From Armatimonadota bacterium (GTDB lineage Bacteria > Armatimonadota > UBA5829 > DSUL01): a DNA stretch of 64,000 nt. A program made the position numbers and the translations under genes. The notes under the pieces are model-generated. The model had not been told where the DNA came from. It saw only the letters and a list, made by a program, of their open reading frames with translations, and made no database searches. Shown here one piece after another: positions 1 through 10,284 of this stretch. Positions within the stretch are counted from its first letter, which is position 1. The number at the start of each line of letters is the position of its first letter. The DNA is taken from contig JAXGLP010000001.1 in assembly GCA_040769165.1 (NCBI GenBank), positions 2,284,275 to 2,348,274 of the forward strand, written 5' to 3'.

Positions 1-710
1 ACCCCCTGATCGTCCACGATGACCAGCTCGCCCGGCTCGATGTCGCGCATATAATGGGCGCCGACGGTGTTCAGCGAGCAGCTTTCGCTGGCAAACACGA
101 CATGCCCGCCGTTGAGCCGCCCCATGCACAGCGGCCGCACCCCGGAGCTGTCGCGAAACACATAGAGGGCCTTCGGCGTAAGCATCACGACGGAGTACGC
201 GCCGCGAATGGTCATCATCGCCTGCGCGATGGCCTCTTCGATGTCGTCGAACTCCTGATTGGCGATGAACTGCCCGATGGCCTCGGTGTCGTTGGATGTC
301 TGGAACTGCACCCCGAACATCTCGAGCTGACGGCGGACTTCGACCGCGTTCACCAGCCCGCCGTTATGCGCCACGGCGATGTCGCCCCATTTGGACGGGG
401 TGACGATAGGCTGAGTGTTCAGCAGGTTGTTGGACCCGGTGGTGGAGTAGCGGTTGTGGCCGATGGCCGCGCAGCCCGTGAGCCCGCTGAGGGTGCTCTC
501 ATCCTTGAAGACCTGCGTGACCAGGCCCATGTTCTTGTGCACCTTCAAGGTCTCGCCGTCGCGGACGGCAATCCCCGCGCCCTCCTGCCCCCTGTGCTGA
601 AGCGCAAAGAGCCCGAAGTAGGCGATGCGGGCGACGTCCTCGCCGGGGGCCCAGATGGCGAATATCCCGCATTCCTCGTTCAGATGGTCGCTGTCTTCCA
701 GATATCTCAT
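1..710 (-). CDS. purF: Amidophosphoribosyltransferase PurF, N-terminal part. The gene continues beyond the window start.
   Basis: The reverse-complement translation starting at the ATG (~708-710) reads MRYLEDSDHLNEECGIFAIW..., a short propeptide followed by the catalytic Cys and a class-II glutamine amidotransferase N-terminus. It lies immediately downstream of purL in the same orientation. Its C-terminus runs off the window, so it is absent from the ORF track. Confidence 0.8.
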   Translation of the reverse strand, partial: MRYLEDSDHLNEECGIFAIWAPGEDVARIAYFGLFALQHRGQEGAGIAVRDGETLKVHKNMGLVTQVFKDESTLSGLTGCAAIGHNRYSTTGSNNLLNTQPIVTPSKWGDIAVAHNGGLVNAVEVRRQLEMFGVQFQTSNDTEAIGQFIANQEFDDIEEAIAQAMMTIRGAYSVVMLTPKALYVFRDSSGVRPLCMGRLNGGHVVFASESCSLNTVGAHYMRDIEPGELVIVDDQG

Positions 711-757
711 AGGTTATAGGGCGCAACCCGCCGGCCCGCGCGGCCGGCAGACGGGGG

Positions 758-3004
758 TTACGAACGGTCCATTATGCTCCCGATGGAGTTCTGATAGGCC
801 CCGGCCGCGGCGGCGAGGTCCACGTCCACGAGCCGCTCGCCGTTTACGCTGATGCAAAGACGGCTGCCGCCCGTGACGCCGACGCGCGCGGCTTCGATGC
901 CCCGCGCCCGCGCAGTCTCTATTATAGCGGCTGCGGCATCAGCAGAGGCGGTGGCAATGACAAATCCCGCCGGCTCGCCGAAAAGCGCCGCGGCGGGTTC
1001 GACCGGCGCATCGAGCGAAACATCGGCGCCCACGCCGCCCGCGATGGCAGATTCGGCCAGGCACACCGCGAGGCCGCCCTCCGCGACATCGTGCGCCGAG
1101 CGCATGGCGCCGGATTCGGACAACTCGAGAAGGACGGCGTGAAGAGCGCGCTGCTTGTCTTCGCGCAGATCGGGCAGCCTGCCGTACAGCTCGCCGGAGG
1201 CCATCGCCTGAAGCTCAGAGGCGGCCAGGCCTCCCGAGGCATCTTGCGGCCACCCGGCGTGGAGCAGAATGACCGCGTCGCCCTCGCCCTTGAAGCAGTA
1301 GCTCACGCGCGTTTCCACGTCGTCGAGCACGCCCAGCATCCCGATGACCGGGGTCGGATGGATGGCGGACTCGGGCGTCTCGTTGTAGAAGCTGACGTTT
1401 CCGGATATGACCGGCGTGCCCAGTTCCTCGCAGGCATCGGCGATGCCGCGCACGGCTTCCTTGAACTGCCAGAAGGCTTCGGGCTTCTCGGGGTTGCCGA
1501 AGTTGAGGCAGTCGGTGACGGCGACGGCTCTGGCTCCGCTGCAGGCGAGGTTTCGCGCGGCTTCGTACACGGCCATCTTCGCGCCCAGATACGGGTCGAG
1601 ATACACCTGCCTTGCGTTGCAGTCCGTCGTGAGCGCGATGCCTTTTTCGATGCCCCGGATGCGGAGCACGCCCGCGTCCGAGCCCGGGAATATGGCGGTG
1701 CAGGTCTGCACCATGTGGTCGTACTGCTCCCACACCCAGCGCTTGGACGCGACGGTCGGGCGGGCGAGCAGGTTCAGCAGAGCCCGCGAGTAGTCCTCAA
1801 TGCGCACATCGCCGGCGTCTCTCGACCGGACAGCGGCGATGTAGGCCGGCTCGTCCGCTTCGAGCTGATAGGTGGGGCATTCGTCGGCGAGCGACTTCGC
1901 GGGGACTTCGGCGACGACCTCGCCGTGATGCCTGACGCGCACCAGCCCGTCGTCCGTCACATGCCCGATCACAACAGCGTTGAGGCCCCACTTCTTGAAG
2001 ACCGCAGCGACCTCTTCCTCGCGCCCCTTCTGGACAATCGCGAGCATCCGCTCCTGCGACTCGGAGAGCATGATCTCGTACGGGGTCATTCCGGACTCGC
2101 GCTGCGGCACGAGCGCGACGTCAATCTCCATTCCCGTCCCGGCCTTGGCGGCGGTTTCGCACGTGCTGCAGGTGATGCCCGCCGCGCCCATGTCCTGAAT
2201 CCCGGCAACGAGGCCCGTCTGCAGAGCTTCGAGCGTCGCCTCGATGAGGAGCTTTTCGGTGAACGGGTCGCCCATCTGCACGTTCGGGCGCTTCGATTCG
2301 GAATCGGGCCCGAGTTCGACCGAGGCAAAGGTCGCCCCGTGGATGCCGTCGCGCCCGGTGCGCGAGCCGACGATCATGACCGAGTTGCCCGGCCCGTGGG
2401 CGCTGGCGCTGGCGATGCTGTCGAGCTTCACAAGCCCGGCGGACATCGCGTTGACGAGCGGATTTCCGGCGTAGGACTTGTCGAAGCAGACCTCGCCGCC
2501 GACCGTCGGGACGCCGACGCAGTTGCCGTAGAAGCCGATTCCCGCGACAACGTGCTCGAACAGAAACCGGACATGGGGGTCGTCGAGGTCGCCGAACCGA
2601 AGGGAGTTCAGTGAGGCGATAGGCCGCGCGCCCATCGTGAAGATGTCGCGCAGGATTCCGCCGACGCCTGTGGCCGCGCCCTGGAACGGCTCGACGGCGC
2701 TCGGGTGGTTGTGGCTCTCGATCTTCATGGCGATGCCGTACCCGTCGCCGATATCCACCACCCCCGCGTTTTCGAGGGCGCCCGAATCGAGCTGTTCGCG
2801 GTAGCGCTTGAAGAGCCGCAGCACCGGGCGGCTGTACTTGTAGCCGCAATGCTCGCTCCACATGACGGCGTACATTCCGAGTTCGGTGTACGTCGGGTTG
2901 CGGCCGAGTATGCCCTTCACCTGCTCATACTCGTTGTCGCTGAGGCCCATCTCCCGCCAGACTGCGGGGGTAATCTCGGGGTCTGTTACTCTGGTCTGAG
3001 ACAT
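758..3004 (-). CDS. purL: Phosphoribosylformylglycinamidine synthase subunit PurL (FGAM synthase II)
   Basis: The ORF 758..3178 translation contains [12 protein letters not shown]...[42 protein letters not shown], typical of PurL. The start was trimmed to the MSQTRV methionine because the upstream extension is Arg-rich and implausible. Confidence 0.93.
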   Translation of the reverse strand: MSQTRVTDPEITPAVWREMGLSDNEYEQVKGILGRNPTYTELGMYAVMWSEHCGYKYSRPVLRLFKRYREQLDSGALENAGVVDIGDGYGIAMKIESHNHPSAVEPFQGAATGVGGILRDIFTMGARPIASLNSLRFGDLDDPHVRFLFEHVVAGIGFYGNCVGVPTVGGEVCFDKSYAGNPLVNAMSAGLVKLDSIASASAHGPGNSVMIVGSRTGRDGIHGATFASVELGPDSESKRPNVQMGDPFTEKLLIEATLEALQTGLVAGIQDMGAAGITCSTCETAAKAGTGMEIDVALVPQRESGMTPYEIMLSESQERMLAIVQKGREEEVAAVFKKWGLNAVVIGHVTDDGLVRVRHHGEVVAEVPAKSLADECPTYQLEADEPAYIAAVRSRDAGDVRIEDYSRALLNLLARPTVASKRWVWEQYDHMVQTCTAIFPGSDAGVLRIRGIEKGIALTTDCNARQVYLDPYLGAKMAVYEAARNLACSGARAVAVTDCLNFGNPEKPEAFWQFKEAVRGIADACEELGTPVISGNVSFYNETPESAIHPTPVIGMLGVLDDVETRVSYCFKGEGDAVILLHAGWPQDASGGLAASELQAMASGELYGRLPDLREDKQRALHAVLLELSESGAMRSAHDVAEGGLAVCLAESAIAGGVGADVSLDAPVEPAAALFGEPAGFVIATASADAAAAIIETARARGIEAARVGVTGGSRLCISVNGERLVDVDLAAAAGAYQNSIGSIMDRS

Positions 3005-3024
3005 ACGCTGCCTTTCGATAAGCC

Positions 3025-3708
3025 CTAACCCGCCAGAAGCGAGCGGAGGATGACAAGCCCGTCGGTGGAGCCGAGCACCGGCTCGCAGGCGCGCTCGGGG
3101 TGCGGCATCATTCCCGCGACGTTGCCTTCGCGATTGACGATTCCCGCGATACCGTCCAGCGCGCCGTTCGGGTTGCACGCGCGATCAATGGCGCCCAAGG
3201 GGCTGGAGTAGCGCAGGATGACCTGCCCGTTGCCGTTGAGTTCCTTCAGCGTGGCGTCGTCGCAGTAGTAGTTGCCCTCGCCGTGCGCGATCGGCACCCG
3301 CAGCACCTGGCCCTTCGCCCCGGCGCTGGTGAAGCGCGTGTCCGCGTTTTCGATGCGCATGTGGATGTGCTTGCAGACGAAGCGGAGGCCTTCGTTGCGC
3401 AGAAGCGCTCCGGGCAGCAGGCCGGACTCGCAGAGTATCTGGAACCCGTTGCAGACGCCCATCACCAGCCCGCCGGCGGCGGCATGCTTCTTGACGGCAC
3501 CCATCACCGGCGACAGCGCCGCCACCGCGCCGCAGCGCAGATAGTCGCCGTACGAGAAGCCGCCCGGCACGATGACGCAGTCGGATCCGGCGAGGTCGGT
3601 GGACTCGTGCCAGATGTACTCCGTGGGCTGATCGAGGACGTTCAGCGCGGCGAAATACGCGTCCTGGTCGCAGTTCGAGCCCGGAAACTGGATGACGCCG
3701 AACTTCAC
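3025..3708 (-). CDS. purQ: Phosphoribosylformylglycinamidine synthase glutaminase subunit PurQ
   Basis: [20 protein letters not shown]...GVCNGFQIL...MMPHPER is a class-I glutamine amidotransferase. It starts with GTG and sits in a purS-purQ-purL arrangement. Confidence 0.93.
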   Translation of the reverse strand: MKFGVIQFPGSNCDQDAYFAALNVLDQPTEYIWHESTDLAGSDCVIVPGGFSYGDYLRCGAVAALSPVMGAVKKHAAAGGLVMGVCNGFQILCESGLLPGALLRNEGLRFVCKHIHMRIENADTRFTSAGAKGQVLRVPIAHGEGNYYCDDATLKELNGNGQVILRYSSPLGAIDRACNPNGALDGIAGIVNREGNVAGMMPHPERACEPVLGSTDGLVILRSLLAG

Positions 3709-3954
3709 CTAAGCATCCTCCAGATCGAGGCGGAAGTCCTCGGTCACGGGGTTCGCGAGCAGGCGGGCGCACATGTCGGCGACGTTGCTTTCGGAAGCGG
3801 CTTCGTCGGCAAGGTCAATCTCGATGTACTTGCCCATCCGCACATTCTCGACGCCTTCGAACCCGATATTCGTGAGCGCCTGCTGCACGACACGCCCCTG
3901 GGCGTCCAGCAGGGTCGGCTTCAGTGTTACGTAGATTCTGGCTTTCCTGGACAA
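3709..3954 (-). CDS. purS: PurS subunit of FGAM synthase (~81 aa). The start codon is uncertain, a probable TTG. The ORF track extends it to 4050.
   Basis: ...RIYVTLKPTLLDAQGRVVQQALTNIGFEGVENVRMGKYIEIDLADEAASESNVADMCARLLANPVTEDFRLDLEDA matches the PurS family in length and motifs. It abuts the purQ start. Confidence 0.8.
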   Translation of the reverse strand: MSRKARIYVTLKPTLLDAQGRVVQQALTNIGFEGVENVRMGKYIEIDLADEAASESNVADMCARLLANPVTEDFRLDLEDA

Positions 3955-4018
3955 ACGGTCCTCCCACACGGTCAGTTTTCGGCGACGCTTCAGAGATACG
4001 GAGCGGACGGGCAGCGCG

Positions 4019-5308
4019 TCAGATGCCCATCCGTTCGAAAACAAGGTCAATATGGCTCAAATGAGCCCGGTAGTCGAAGCAGTGGTCCAGATCGGCCTGT
4101 GACAGCCGCGCCATCACATCCGCGTCGGACTGGAGGCAATCCCGGAACGACGCCCCCTCCCACGCCCTGGCGGCGTTCCTCTGAACCAGTTTGTACGCTT
4201 CGTCGCGGAGCAGCCCGGACTTCACGAGCGCGAGCATTATCTGCTCGCTGACAACCAGCCCGCGCATCTTCTCGAGGTTGGCCAGCATATTCTCGGGATA
4301 GACGACCAGCCCGTCCATCACCTTCCGGAAGCTCTGCAAGATGTAATCGAGCGCGATAAACGCGTCCGGGATGACGATGCGCTCGACGGATGAATTCGAC
4401 AGGTCGCGCTCGTGCCAGGTGGCGATGTTTTCGAGCGCGGGGTACAGGTTGGAGCGAATGACCCGGGCAAGCCCCGACACCTGCTCGGAGAGGCGCGGGT
4501 TGCGCTTGTGCGGCATGGCGGACGACCCGCGCTGCCCGGTCTTGAACGCTTCCTGCACTTCGAGAATCTCGGTGCGCTGCAGGTTGCGGATTTCGGTGGC
4601 AAACTGCTCGAGCGATGAGGCGCAGATGGCGCAGGCGGCAAGCACATGCGCGTGGCGGTCGCGCTGCAGAATCTGTGTGGAGACCGGGCTCGGGGTCAGT
4701 TTGAGCGTCTGGCAGACGTGCTGCTCGACGCGCGGATCAACGTTGGCGTAAGTGCCGACCGCGCCCGAAACCTTGCCGCAGGAGATCTGCCTGCGCGCTT
4801 CGCGGAAGCGATCGAGGTTGCGCTCCATCTCGGCGATCCAGACAGCAAGCTTGAACCCGAACGTGATCGGCTCGGCATGCACCCCGTGCGTGCGCCCGAT
4901 CTGCAGCGTATATTTGTGCTCCCGCGCCCGTGCCCGCAGGGCGTCGTTGAGCTGCTGGATATCCTCTTCGATCAGCTCGCACGACTCGCGCATGCGCAGG
5001 CTGAGGGCGTTGTCTTCAACGTCGTAGCTGGTGACGCCGAAATGCACCCACTTCGCGTCGTCGCCCACATGCTCCGCGACGTTGCCCACGAACGCCATGA
5101 GGTCGTGCTGGGTGGTCTCCTCGATCTGTTCGATGCGCTCGACGCTGAAGCGGGCGTTCTTCCGGAGCCTCTCGACCGCGTCCGCGGGCACGACGCCGAT
5201 CTTCGACCATCCTTCGCAGATGGCAAGCTCGACATCGAGCCACTTCTGGAACTTGTTGGTTTCGCTCCAGATGGAGCGCATCTTCGGAAGGCTGTAGCGG
5301 GTGATCAA
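4019..5308 (-). CDS. purB: Adenylosuccinate lyase PurB
   Basis: 429 aa with SSAMPHKRNP and TWHERDLSNSS fumarate-lyase motifs, and an N-terminal MITRYSLPKMRSIWSE region typical of PurB. Confidence 0.93.
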   Translation of the reverse strand: MITRYSLPKMRSIWSETNKFQKWLDVELAICEGWSKIGVVPADAVERLRKNARFSVERIEQIEETTQHDLMAFVGNVAEHVGDDAKWVHFGVTSYDVEDNALSLRMRESCELIEEDIQQLNDALRARAREHKYTLQIGRTHGVHAEPITFGFKLAVWIAEMERNLDRFREARRQISCGKVSGAVGTYANVDPRVEQHVCQTLKLTPSPVSTQILQRDRHAHVLAACAICASSLEQFATEIRNLQRTEILEVQEAFKTGQRGSSAMPHKRNPRLSEQVSGLARVIRSNLYPALENIATWHERDLSNSSVERIVIPDAFIALDYILQSFRKVMDGLVVYPENMLANLEKMRGLVVSEQIMLALVKSGLLRDEAYKLVQRNAARAWEGASFRDCLQSDADVMARLSQADLDHCFDYRAHLSHIDLVFERMGI

Positions 5309-5486
5309 GTGCGCGTTCTCCTGCGCCCCAAAGGATGCGGAGCGCGGCGGGAGGGAGCAGGGGAAGTGTGCGGTGATGAGCGGACTCCGGTGTGTGCTGT
5401 CCGAAGACAGCCGAAGTCCGGCAGGCTGGCCGAATCCGAAGCAGAGTTCTGCCCTGACTCAGCGCAGAATGTCGCGCCGCTCGGGA

Positions 5487-6776
5487 TCAAGAAAGGCGGG
5501 CTCCGATATCCTTTCTGAAATGCTGGTTCTGGAAACGGATGCGCGAGCAGGCTTCGTAGGCCTTCGCGCGCGCATCGGCAAAGGACGCGCCCAGCGCTGT
5601 CACGCTGAGAACACGCCCGCCGGAAGTGACGGCTCTCCCGCCGTCCAGCGCCGTTCCCGCCTGAAACACGGAAACGCCATCCATCCCGGACGCTTCATCC
5701 ACACCCTCGACCGGGAATCCCACCGGGTATTTGCCAGGGTATCCGCCGGAAGCCAGGACGACGCAAACCCCGCAGCCATCATACCACTTCGGCCTCATTT
5801 CGTCGAGGCGATTCCGGACGGCCGCGACGAGGATACTGGCGAAATCGGCCTGCAGCATGGGCAGCACAACCTGCGTCTCCGGGTCGCCGAAGCGGCAGTT
5901 GTATTCGAGCACTTTGAGCCCGTCAGAGGTCATCATCAGCCCGGCGTACAGGCAGCCGAAGTACGGCGTCCCCTTCGTTCCCATCCACTGCAGGACGGGC
6001 ATGACGGCCCGCTCGATGGCTTCGCGGTGAAGCTCGGGCGGCATGGCGGGAACCGGGCAGTAGCAGCCCATTCCGCCGGTGTTCGGCCCTTCGTCGTTGT
6101 CGTATGCGCGCTTGTGATCCTGCACGGGCGGCATGGCGATGATCTCCTCGCCATTGGCGATCACCATCACGGAGGCTTCCTGTCCCGTCAGACGCTCCTC
6201 GATGAGGACGCGGTCGCCGGAGGCGCCGAACGCGCGGTCTATCATGATGGTTCTGAGGGCGGCCTCGGCCTCCGCCGCCGTGGAGCAGACGAAAACGCCC
6301 TTGCCAGCCGCCTCGCCGTCGGCCTTGACAACCACCCCGCCCTCACGCTCCACGCGCCGCGCCGCCGCCGCAAGAGCGCTCTCGAACTCCTCGAACGCCT
6401 CCCACTCTCCCGTGGGCACTCCCGCCTCGCGCATCACCTGCTTCGCGAAGACCTTGCTTCCCTCGAGCCTTGCCCCCGCGGCGAGCGGCCCGAAGAACGG
6501 AATCCCCTCCGCCAGGAACGCGTCGCCCAACCCGTTGATGAGCGGCACTTCCGGGCCACAGACGGCCAGGTCAACGGCGTTCTCCCTGGCCCAGGCGCAG
6601 ATGGCGGCGCTGTCTTTGACCGACACCGGCACGCAGCGGCCCAGCGACGCCATGCCTGCGTTTCCCGGCATGCAGGTGACCCGGCGCACAAGCGGACTCG
6701 CGGCGAGGGCTGAGGCAAGAGCGTGCTCGCGCCCGCCCGAACCGATAACAAGGACATTCAGATCAGATTCGCGCAT
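5487..6776 (-). CDS. purD: Phosphoribosylamine-glycine ligase PurD
   Basis: MRESDLNVLVIGSGGREHALA... has an ATP-grasp fold. The central GTPYFGCLYAGLMMT segment is typical of GAR synthetase. Confidence 0.93.
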   Translation of the reverse strand: MRESDLNVLVIGSGGREHALASALAASPLVRRVTCMPGNAGMASLGRCVPVSVKDSAAICAWARENAVDLAVCGPEVPLINGLGDAFLAEGIPFFGPLAAGARLEGSKVFAKQVMREAGVPTGEWEAFEEFESALAAAARRVEREGGVVVKADGEAAGKGVFVCSTAAEAEAALRTIMIDRAFGASGDRVLIEERLTGQEASVMVIANGEEIIAMPPVQDHKRAYDNDEGPNTGGMGCYCPVPAMPPELHREAIERAVMPVLQWMGTKGTPYFGCLYAGLMMTSDGLKVLEYNCRFGDPETQVVLPMLQADFASILVAAVRNRLDEMRPKWYDGCGVCVVLASGGYPGKYPVGFPVEGVDEASGMDGVSVFQAGTALDGGRAVTSGGRVLSVTALGASFADARAKAYEACSRIRFQNQHFRKDIGARLS

Positions 6777-6802
6777 AGGGATTCCTTCACGCGGGCGGAC
6801 CG

Positions 6803-8206
6803 CTAATCAGGCTCCTCCACGTGGTCGGCCATATTCTCGAACGAAGCGTACTTGGGTATGAACGACAGCTTGACGGTCCCCGTGGGGCCGTTGCGCTGCT
6901 TGGCGATGATAATCTCGGCCTCTTCGCCCTGCGAGTAGTCCGGCACCTCGAGTTCTTCTTCGGGATGCTCGCGCGCCTCCTTGCGGAGTTCGCGGTTCTT
7001 GTAGTACTCGGGGCGGTATATCATCAGGACGACGTCGGCTTCAGCCTCGATCGCGCCCGACTCGCGCAGGTCGGAGAGCATCGGGCGGTTGCCCTCGCGG
7101 CGTTCGGTCTGCCGTGAGAGCTGGGAGAGCGCGACGACGGGCACTTTAAGCTCGCGCGCGAGGCTCTTGAGCGAGCGGGAGATTTCGGAGATCTCCTGGT
7201 TGCGGTTTTCGACGTTTCGGTGCCAGCGCATGAGCTGCAGGTAATCCACAACGACGAGCGACAGCCCGTGCTCGGCGCGCAGGCGGCGGCACTTGGTGCG
7301 CATGGCCATCGCCGAGCAGTCCGGGGAGTCGTCAATGAACAGCGGCGCCTCCCACAGCGAGTTGATGCCCTTCGTGACGCGCATCCAGTCGGTGTCGCCG
7401 AGAGCGCCGCGCCTCAATCTGTGCGCATCCACCCTCGCCTGCGAGCAGATCATCCTCTGGACAAGCTGCTCGCGCGACATTTCGAGGCTGAAGATGGCCA
7501 CGGCTTTCTTCGTTGCCAGGGCGCCGTTGACGGCGATGTTGAGAGCCAGAGCCGTCTTGCCCATGGAAGGCCGCGCGGCGATGATGACAAGATCGCTTGC
7601 CTGAAACCCGCTCGTCTTGTCGTCGAGGTCTTCGAAGCCCGTAGGCACGCCTGTCACCGCGCCCGCTGACTCCATCAGCTCTTCCATCCGCACCCAGGCT
7701 TCGTTCATAAGCGGAACGAGCGGCGAGAAGTACTGCCCCACCCTGCGCTGCGCCACACGGAAGACGATCTGCTCGGCCTTGTCAACAAGTTCGGTGACAT
7801 CGCCGTCCTCGGAATAGCCGAGCGCCTGAATCTCGCTCGCGGCGTTGAGCAGCCTGCGCAAGATCGCCTTCTCCTCGACGATGTGCGCGTAGTATTCGAC
7901 GTTGGCGGCGGTGGGAACATACTCCATCAGCGCCACGACGTACTCGCGCCCCCCGACCTTGTCGAGCAGGTTCTGGGCGCGGAGCTGCTCGCAGACGGTG
8001 ATCGGGTCGATAGGCTCATCCTTCTCTACCAGCAGGAGGATATGCTCGAAAATGGTCTGGTGCGCCGTCCGGTAGAAGTCGGCGGTCTGCAGTATCTCCG
8101 CGGCCTTGTCGCAGGCGGTGCGGTCGAGGAGCATCGAGCCGAGGGTGGACTGCTCGGCTTCAAGATTGTGAGGGGGCGTCTTTGCGAGCGCCTCTAACGA
8201 TTCCAT
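6803..8206 (-). CDS. dnaB: Replicative DNA helicase DnaB
   Basis: NLEAEQSTLGSMLLD N-terminal domain, Walker A ARPSMGKTALALN, and a RecA-like C-terminal domain. The start was trimmed to MESLEALAK. Confidence 0.93.
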   Translation of the reverse strand: MESLEALAKTPPHNLEAEQSTLGSMLLDRTACDKAAEILQTADFYRTAHQTIFEHILLLVEKDEPIDPITVCEQLRAQNLLDKVGGREYVVALMEYVPTAANVEYYAHIVEEKAILRRLLNAASEIQALGYSEDGDVTELVDKAEQIVFRVAQRRVGQYFSPLVPLMNEAWVRMEELMESAGAVTGVPTGFEDLDDKTSGFQASDLVIIAARPSMGKTALALNIAVNGALATKKAVAIFSLEMSREQLVQRMICSQARVDAHRLRRGALGDTDWMRVTKGINSLWEAPLFIDDSPDCSAMAMRTKCRRLRAEHGLSLVVVDYLQLMRWHRNVENRNQEISEISRSLKSLARELKVPVVALSQLSRQTERREGNRPMLSDLRESGAIEAEADVVLMIYRPEYYKNRELRKEAREHPEEELEVPDYSQGEEAEIIIAKQRNGPTGTVKLSFIPKYASFENMADHVEEPD

Positions 8207-8414
8207 CGTGCCTACCCCGTGTCTTTTAGCGAGAAACAAGTGCGACGTGACAGAGCATCCCCACGCTGTCGCCGCCCCCGGGCGAACCCCGGTGCGGCCC
8301 AGACGCAGGCATGCGTTCCAGCCAGGGAAAAGCGCGCGGCGGCTGCGCCGGCGCAGTTGTCAGCAGGCCCCCGGAGCATTGGCGCGCATCCGGGGCGGGA
8401 GCGCGGGAACCCGC

Positions 8415-8870
8415 TTACTCGGCCTCTTCGGGCGCTACTTCGAGCTTGATCGTGGTCACGACCTCGCGATGGAGGTGGATCGGCACGTCGAACTCGCCTA
8501 TCGAACGGATCGGCTTGTCCAGGTCAACCTTCCGCCGGTCCACGTCCACGCCAAGCTGCTCTTTGACTGCCTCGGCTATATGCTGCGCGGTGATGGAGCC
8601 GAACAGCTTCGTCCCGGACCCCGCCCTGTGGCGAATGACGATCTTCGACCCTTCGAGCTGCCCCGCGGCGGCCTTCGCGTTGGCCACGCGATGCTCGCCG
8701 AGCCGCACCTCGAGGGCGTGCTGCCGCTCGATGGCCTGAAGGTTGCCCTTCGTCGCCTCGACGGCCAGCTTTCGCGGGAAAAGGAAATTGCGGGCGTACC
8801 CCTCGGCGACATTCGCCACTTCCCCGTGCTTCCCGACATTCGGAACGTCTCTGGTAAGAATAACTTTCAT
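8415..8870 (-). CDS. rplI: 50S ribosomal protein L9
   Basis: [36 protein letters not shown] is a canonical L9 N-terminus. The rplI-dnaB adjacency is conserved. Confidence 0.93.
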   Translation of the reverse strand: MKVILTRDVPNVGKHGEVANVAEGYARNFLFPRKLAVEATKGNLQAIERQHALEVRLGEHRVANAKAAAGQLEGSKIVIRHRAGSGTKLFGSITAQHIAEAVKEQLGVDVDRRKVDLDKPIRSIGEFDVPIHLHREVVTTIKLEVAPEEAE

Positions 8871-8936
8871 ATCTTGCCTATCCGGAACAGGTCCGCGGGC
8901 GGACAGCGCGCTGGCTGCCGACAGCCTCCCGCCGCG

Positions 8937-10277
8937 CTAGAACTTGAACTGCACTCCGGCGACAGCCCGATTGCTGCCGCCGATATCTTCGAAGCCCAAC
9001 CACCCCCCGTACCCCGGGGTCAGGTCTACCAGCCCTTTCACATCCACGCGTGGAGCGTTCGGCCGGTAGAAATCGCCCTGGAGCATCCATTTATCGCTTG
9101 CCTGCCAATCATACCCGATACCGAGCCTCGATTGGTAGAGGCCGCCGCGAAAAGCATGGCCGGGTTTCAGGATTCTTCCGGCCTGCAGGTTCAGTTTCGT
9201 GTTCTCACCCAGGTCGTATCCGCCGATGCGCAGGAAGTCTCCGCTTCGCAGCTGATGGGTGAAGTTCACATCGGTCCGGAACTTGCCCCGGTCGGAATCG
9301 AACAGGAAGTCCACCTTCGGCCCCTTGCCGGAGGGCACCGGCGGCGGCTGCGGCCGCTCCTCCGCTCCGGATGCCTGAGGGCCAACCCCGACGACCTTGC
9401 TCACACGCTCGACGATGGCTTTGGCGCCCTCGGTGGTCTCGCGGAGGTTCCGGATGCTCTGCTCCAGGTCTTGCTTCATTCCGGGCATTCCGGGCACATC
9501 GGTGATCTGCCTTGCGTTGTCGGCCGCCGCGCCGATATCGGCGGACGCCTGCTTCAGGTTGGCGACAATGACGCGCAGGTCTCCGCTGCCCGTCCCGCTC
9601 AGGAACTCCTCGATGTGCTGTGTGGCGACCTGCAGGTTCTCCATGGCTCCCGCCAGGCTGCTGGTCGTCTTGTTGACCTCAGCCCGGTTCTCGGCGGCGA
9701 CGCCCCGCACGTCGGTGATCAGCCCGAGCCCGGCGGCGGAGGCGAGCCGGAGGTTCACGGCGGCCGCCTCAAGATTCTGGTGCAGCGACTGGTTGGACAG
9801 CAGTTTGTCCGCCGAGGCGCCCACTTTGTCCAGCCTTTCGAGCACGGAGGCGACTTTCGGAAGCAGATCGTCGAGGCTCACCTGCGGCTGGCCGGGCAGC
9901 GTCTCGCCGCCGGTCAGACGGCCCGCGCTCACCGGCCCAGGCACGACCTCGATGTAGGGGTCGCCGAGCACCGAGCGCGAAGCGAGGCGGACGCGCGAGC
10001 CTTTCGGGATCACGACATCGCCCCCGATGCGAAGCTCGACCTCGGCTTTGTTCGAGGGGGTGAGGCGGACATCGGAGACATCGCCGACCCTGACGCCTGC
10101 TATCATAACCGGCGTGCCGGTATCCAGCCCCTGCGCGCTCGGGAAGATGGCTTTCAGAAGGTACGTGCCGGCTGCCAGGCGCAGCGACCCGACGTACCAG
10201 TACGAGAAGCCGAGCAGCAGGCAGCTCACGATGGCCGCAATGCCAACCTTCAGGTTTCTGAGGCGGTTCGATTCCAT
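8937..10277 (-). CDS. MlaD/Mce-domain ABC transporter periplasmic component with a long C-terminal extension
   Basis: N-terminal transmembrane helix, then an Mce domain (VMIAGVRVGDVSDVRLTPSNKAEVELRI), then a ~300-aa extension with coiled-coil-like and Pro-rich segments, ending ...AGVQFKF. Downstream of mlaE and mlaF homologues. The start was trimmed to MESNRL. Confidence 0.8.
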   Translation of the reverse strand: MESNRLRNLKVGIAAIVSCLLLGFSYWYVGSLRLAAGTYLLKAIFPSAQGLDTGTPVMIAGVRVGDVSDVRLTPSNKAEVELRIGGDVVIPKGSRVRLASRSVLGDPYIEVVPGPVSAGRLTGGETLPGQPQVSLDDLLPKVASVLERLDKVGASADKLLSNQSLHQNLEAAAVNLRLASAAGLGLITDVRGVAAENRAEVNKTTSSLAGAMENLQVATQHIEEFLSGTGSGDLRVIVANLKQASADIGAAADNARQITDVPGMPGMKQDLEQSIRNLRETTEGAKAIVERVSKVVGVGPQASGAEERPQPPPVPSGKGPKVDFLFDSDRGKFRTDVNFTHQLRSGDFLRIGGYDLGENTKLNLQAGRILKPGHAFRGGLYQSRLGIGYDWQASDKWMLQGDFYRPNAPRVDVKGLVDLTPGYGGWLGFEDIGGSNRAVAGVQFKF

Positions 10278-10284
10278 ATTTCGA

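Noticed and set aside
54-719. Plus-strand 221-aa ORF at the window start
   Set aside because: It is antisense to purF. The minus strand here encodes a clear glutamine amidotransferase N-terminus. Long antisense ORFs are expected at 68% GC.
1091-2614. 507-aa plus-strand ORF and several others (2121..2861 minus, 3100..4251 plus, 3185..3772 minus)
   Set aside because: All lie inside or antisense to purL, purQ and purS. They are Arg/Gly/Ala-rich with no recognisable motifs.
3005-3178. 58-codon N-terminal extension of the purL ORF ([23 protein letters not shown]...)
   Set aside because: It is Arg-rich and non-conserved. The PurL homology begins at MSQTRV, and the extension would overlap purQ.
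5301-6713. 470-aa plus-strand ORF
   Set aside because: Antisense to purD. Low-complexity Arg/Ala-rich translation.
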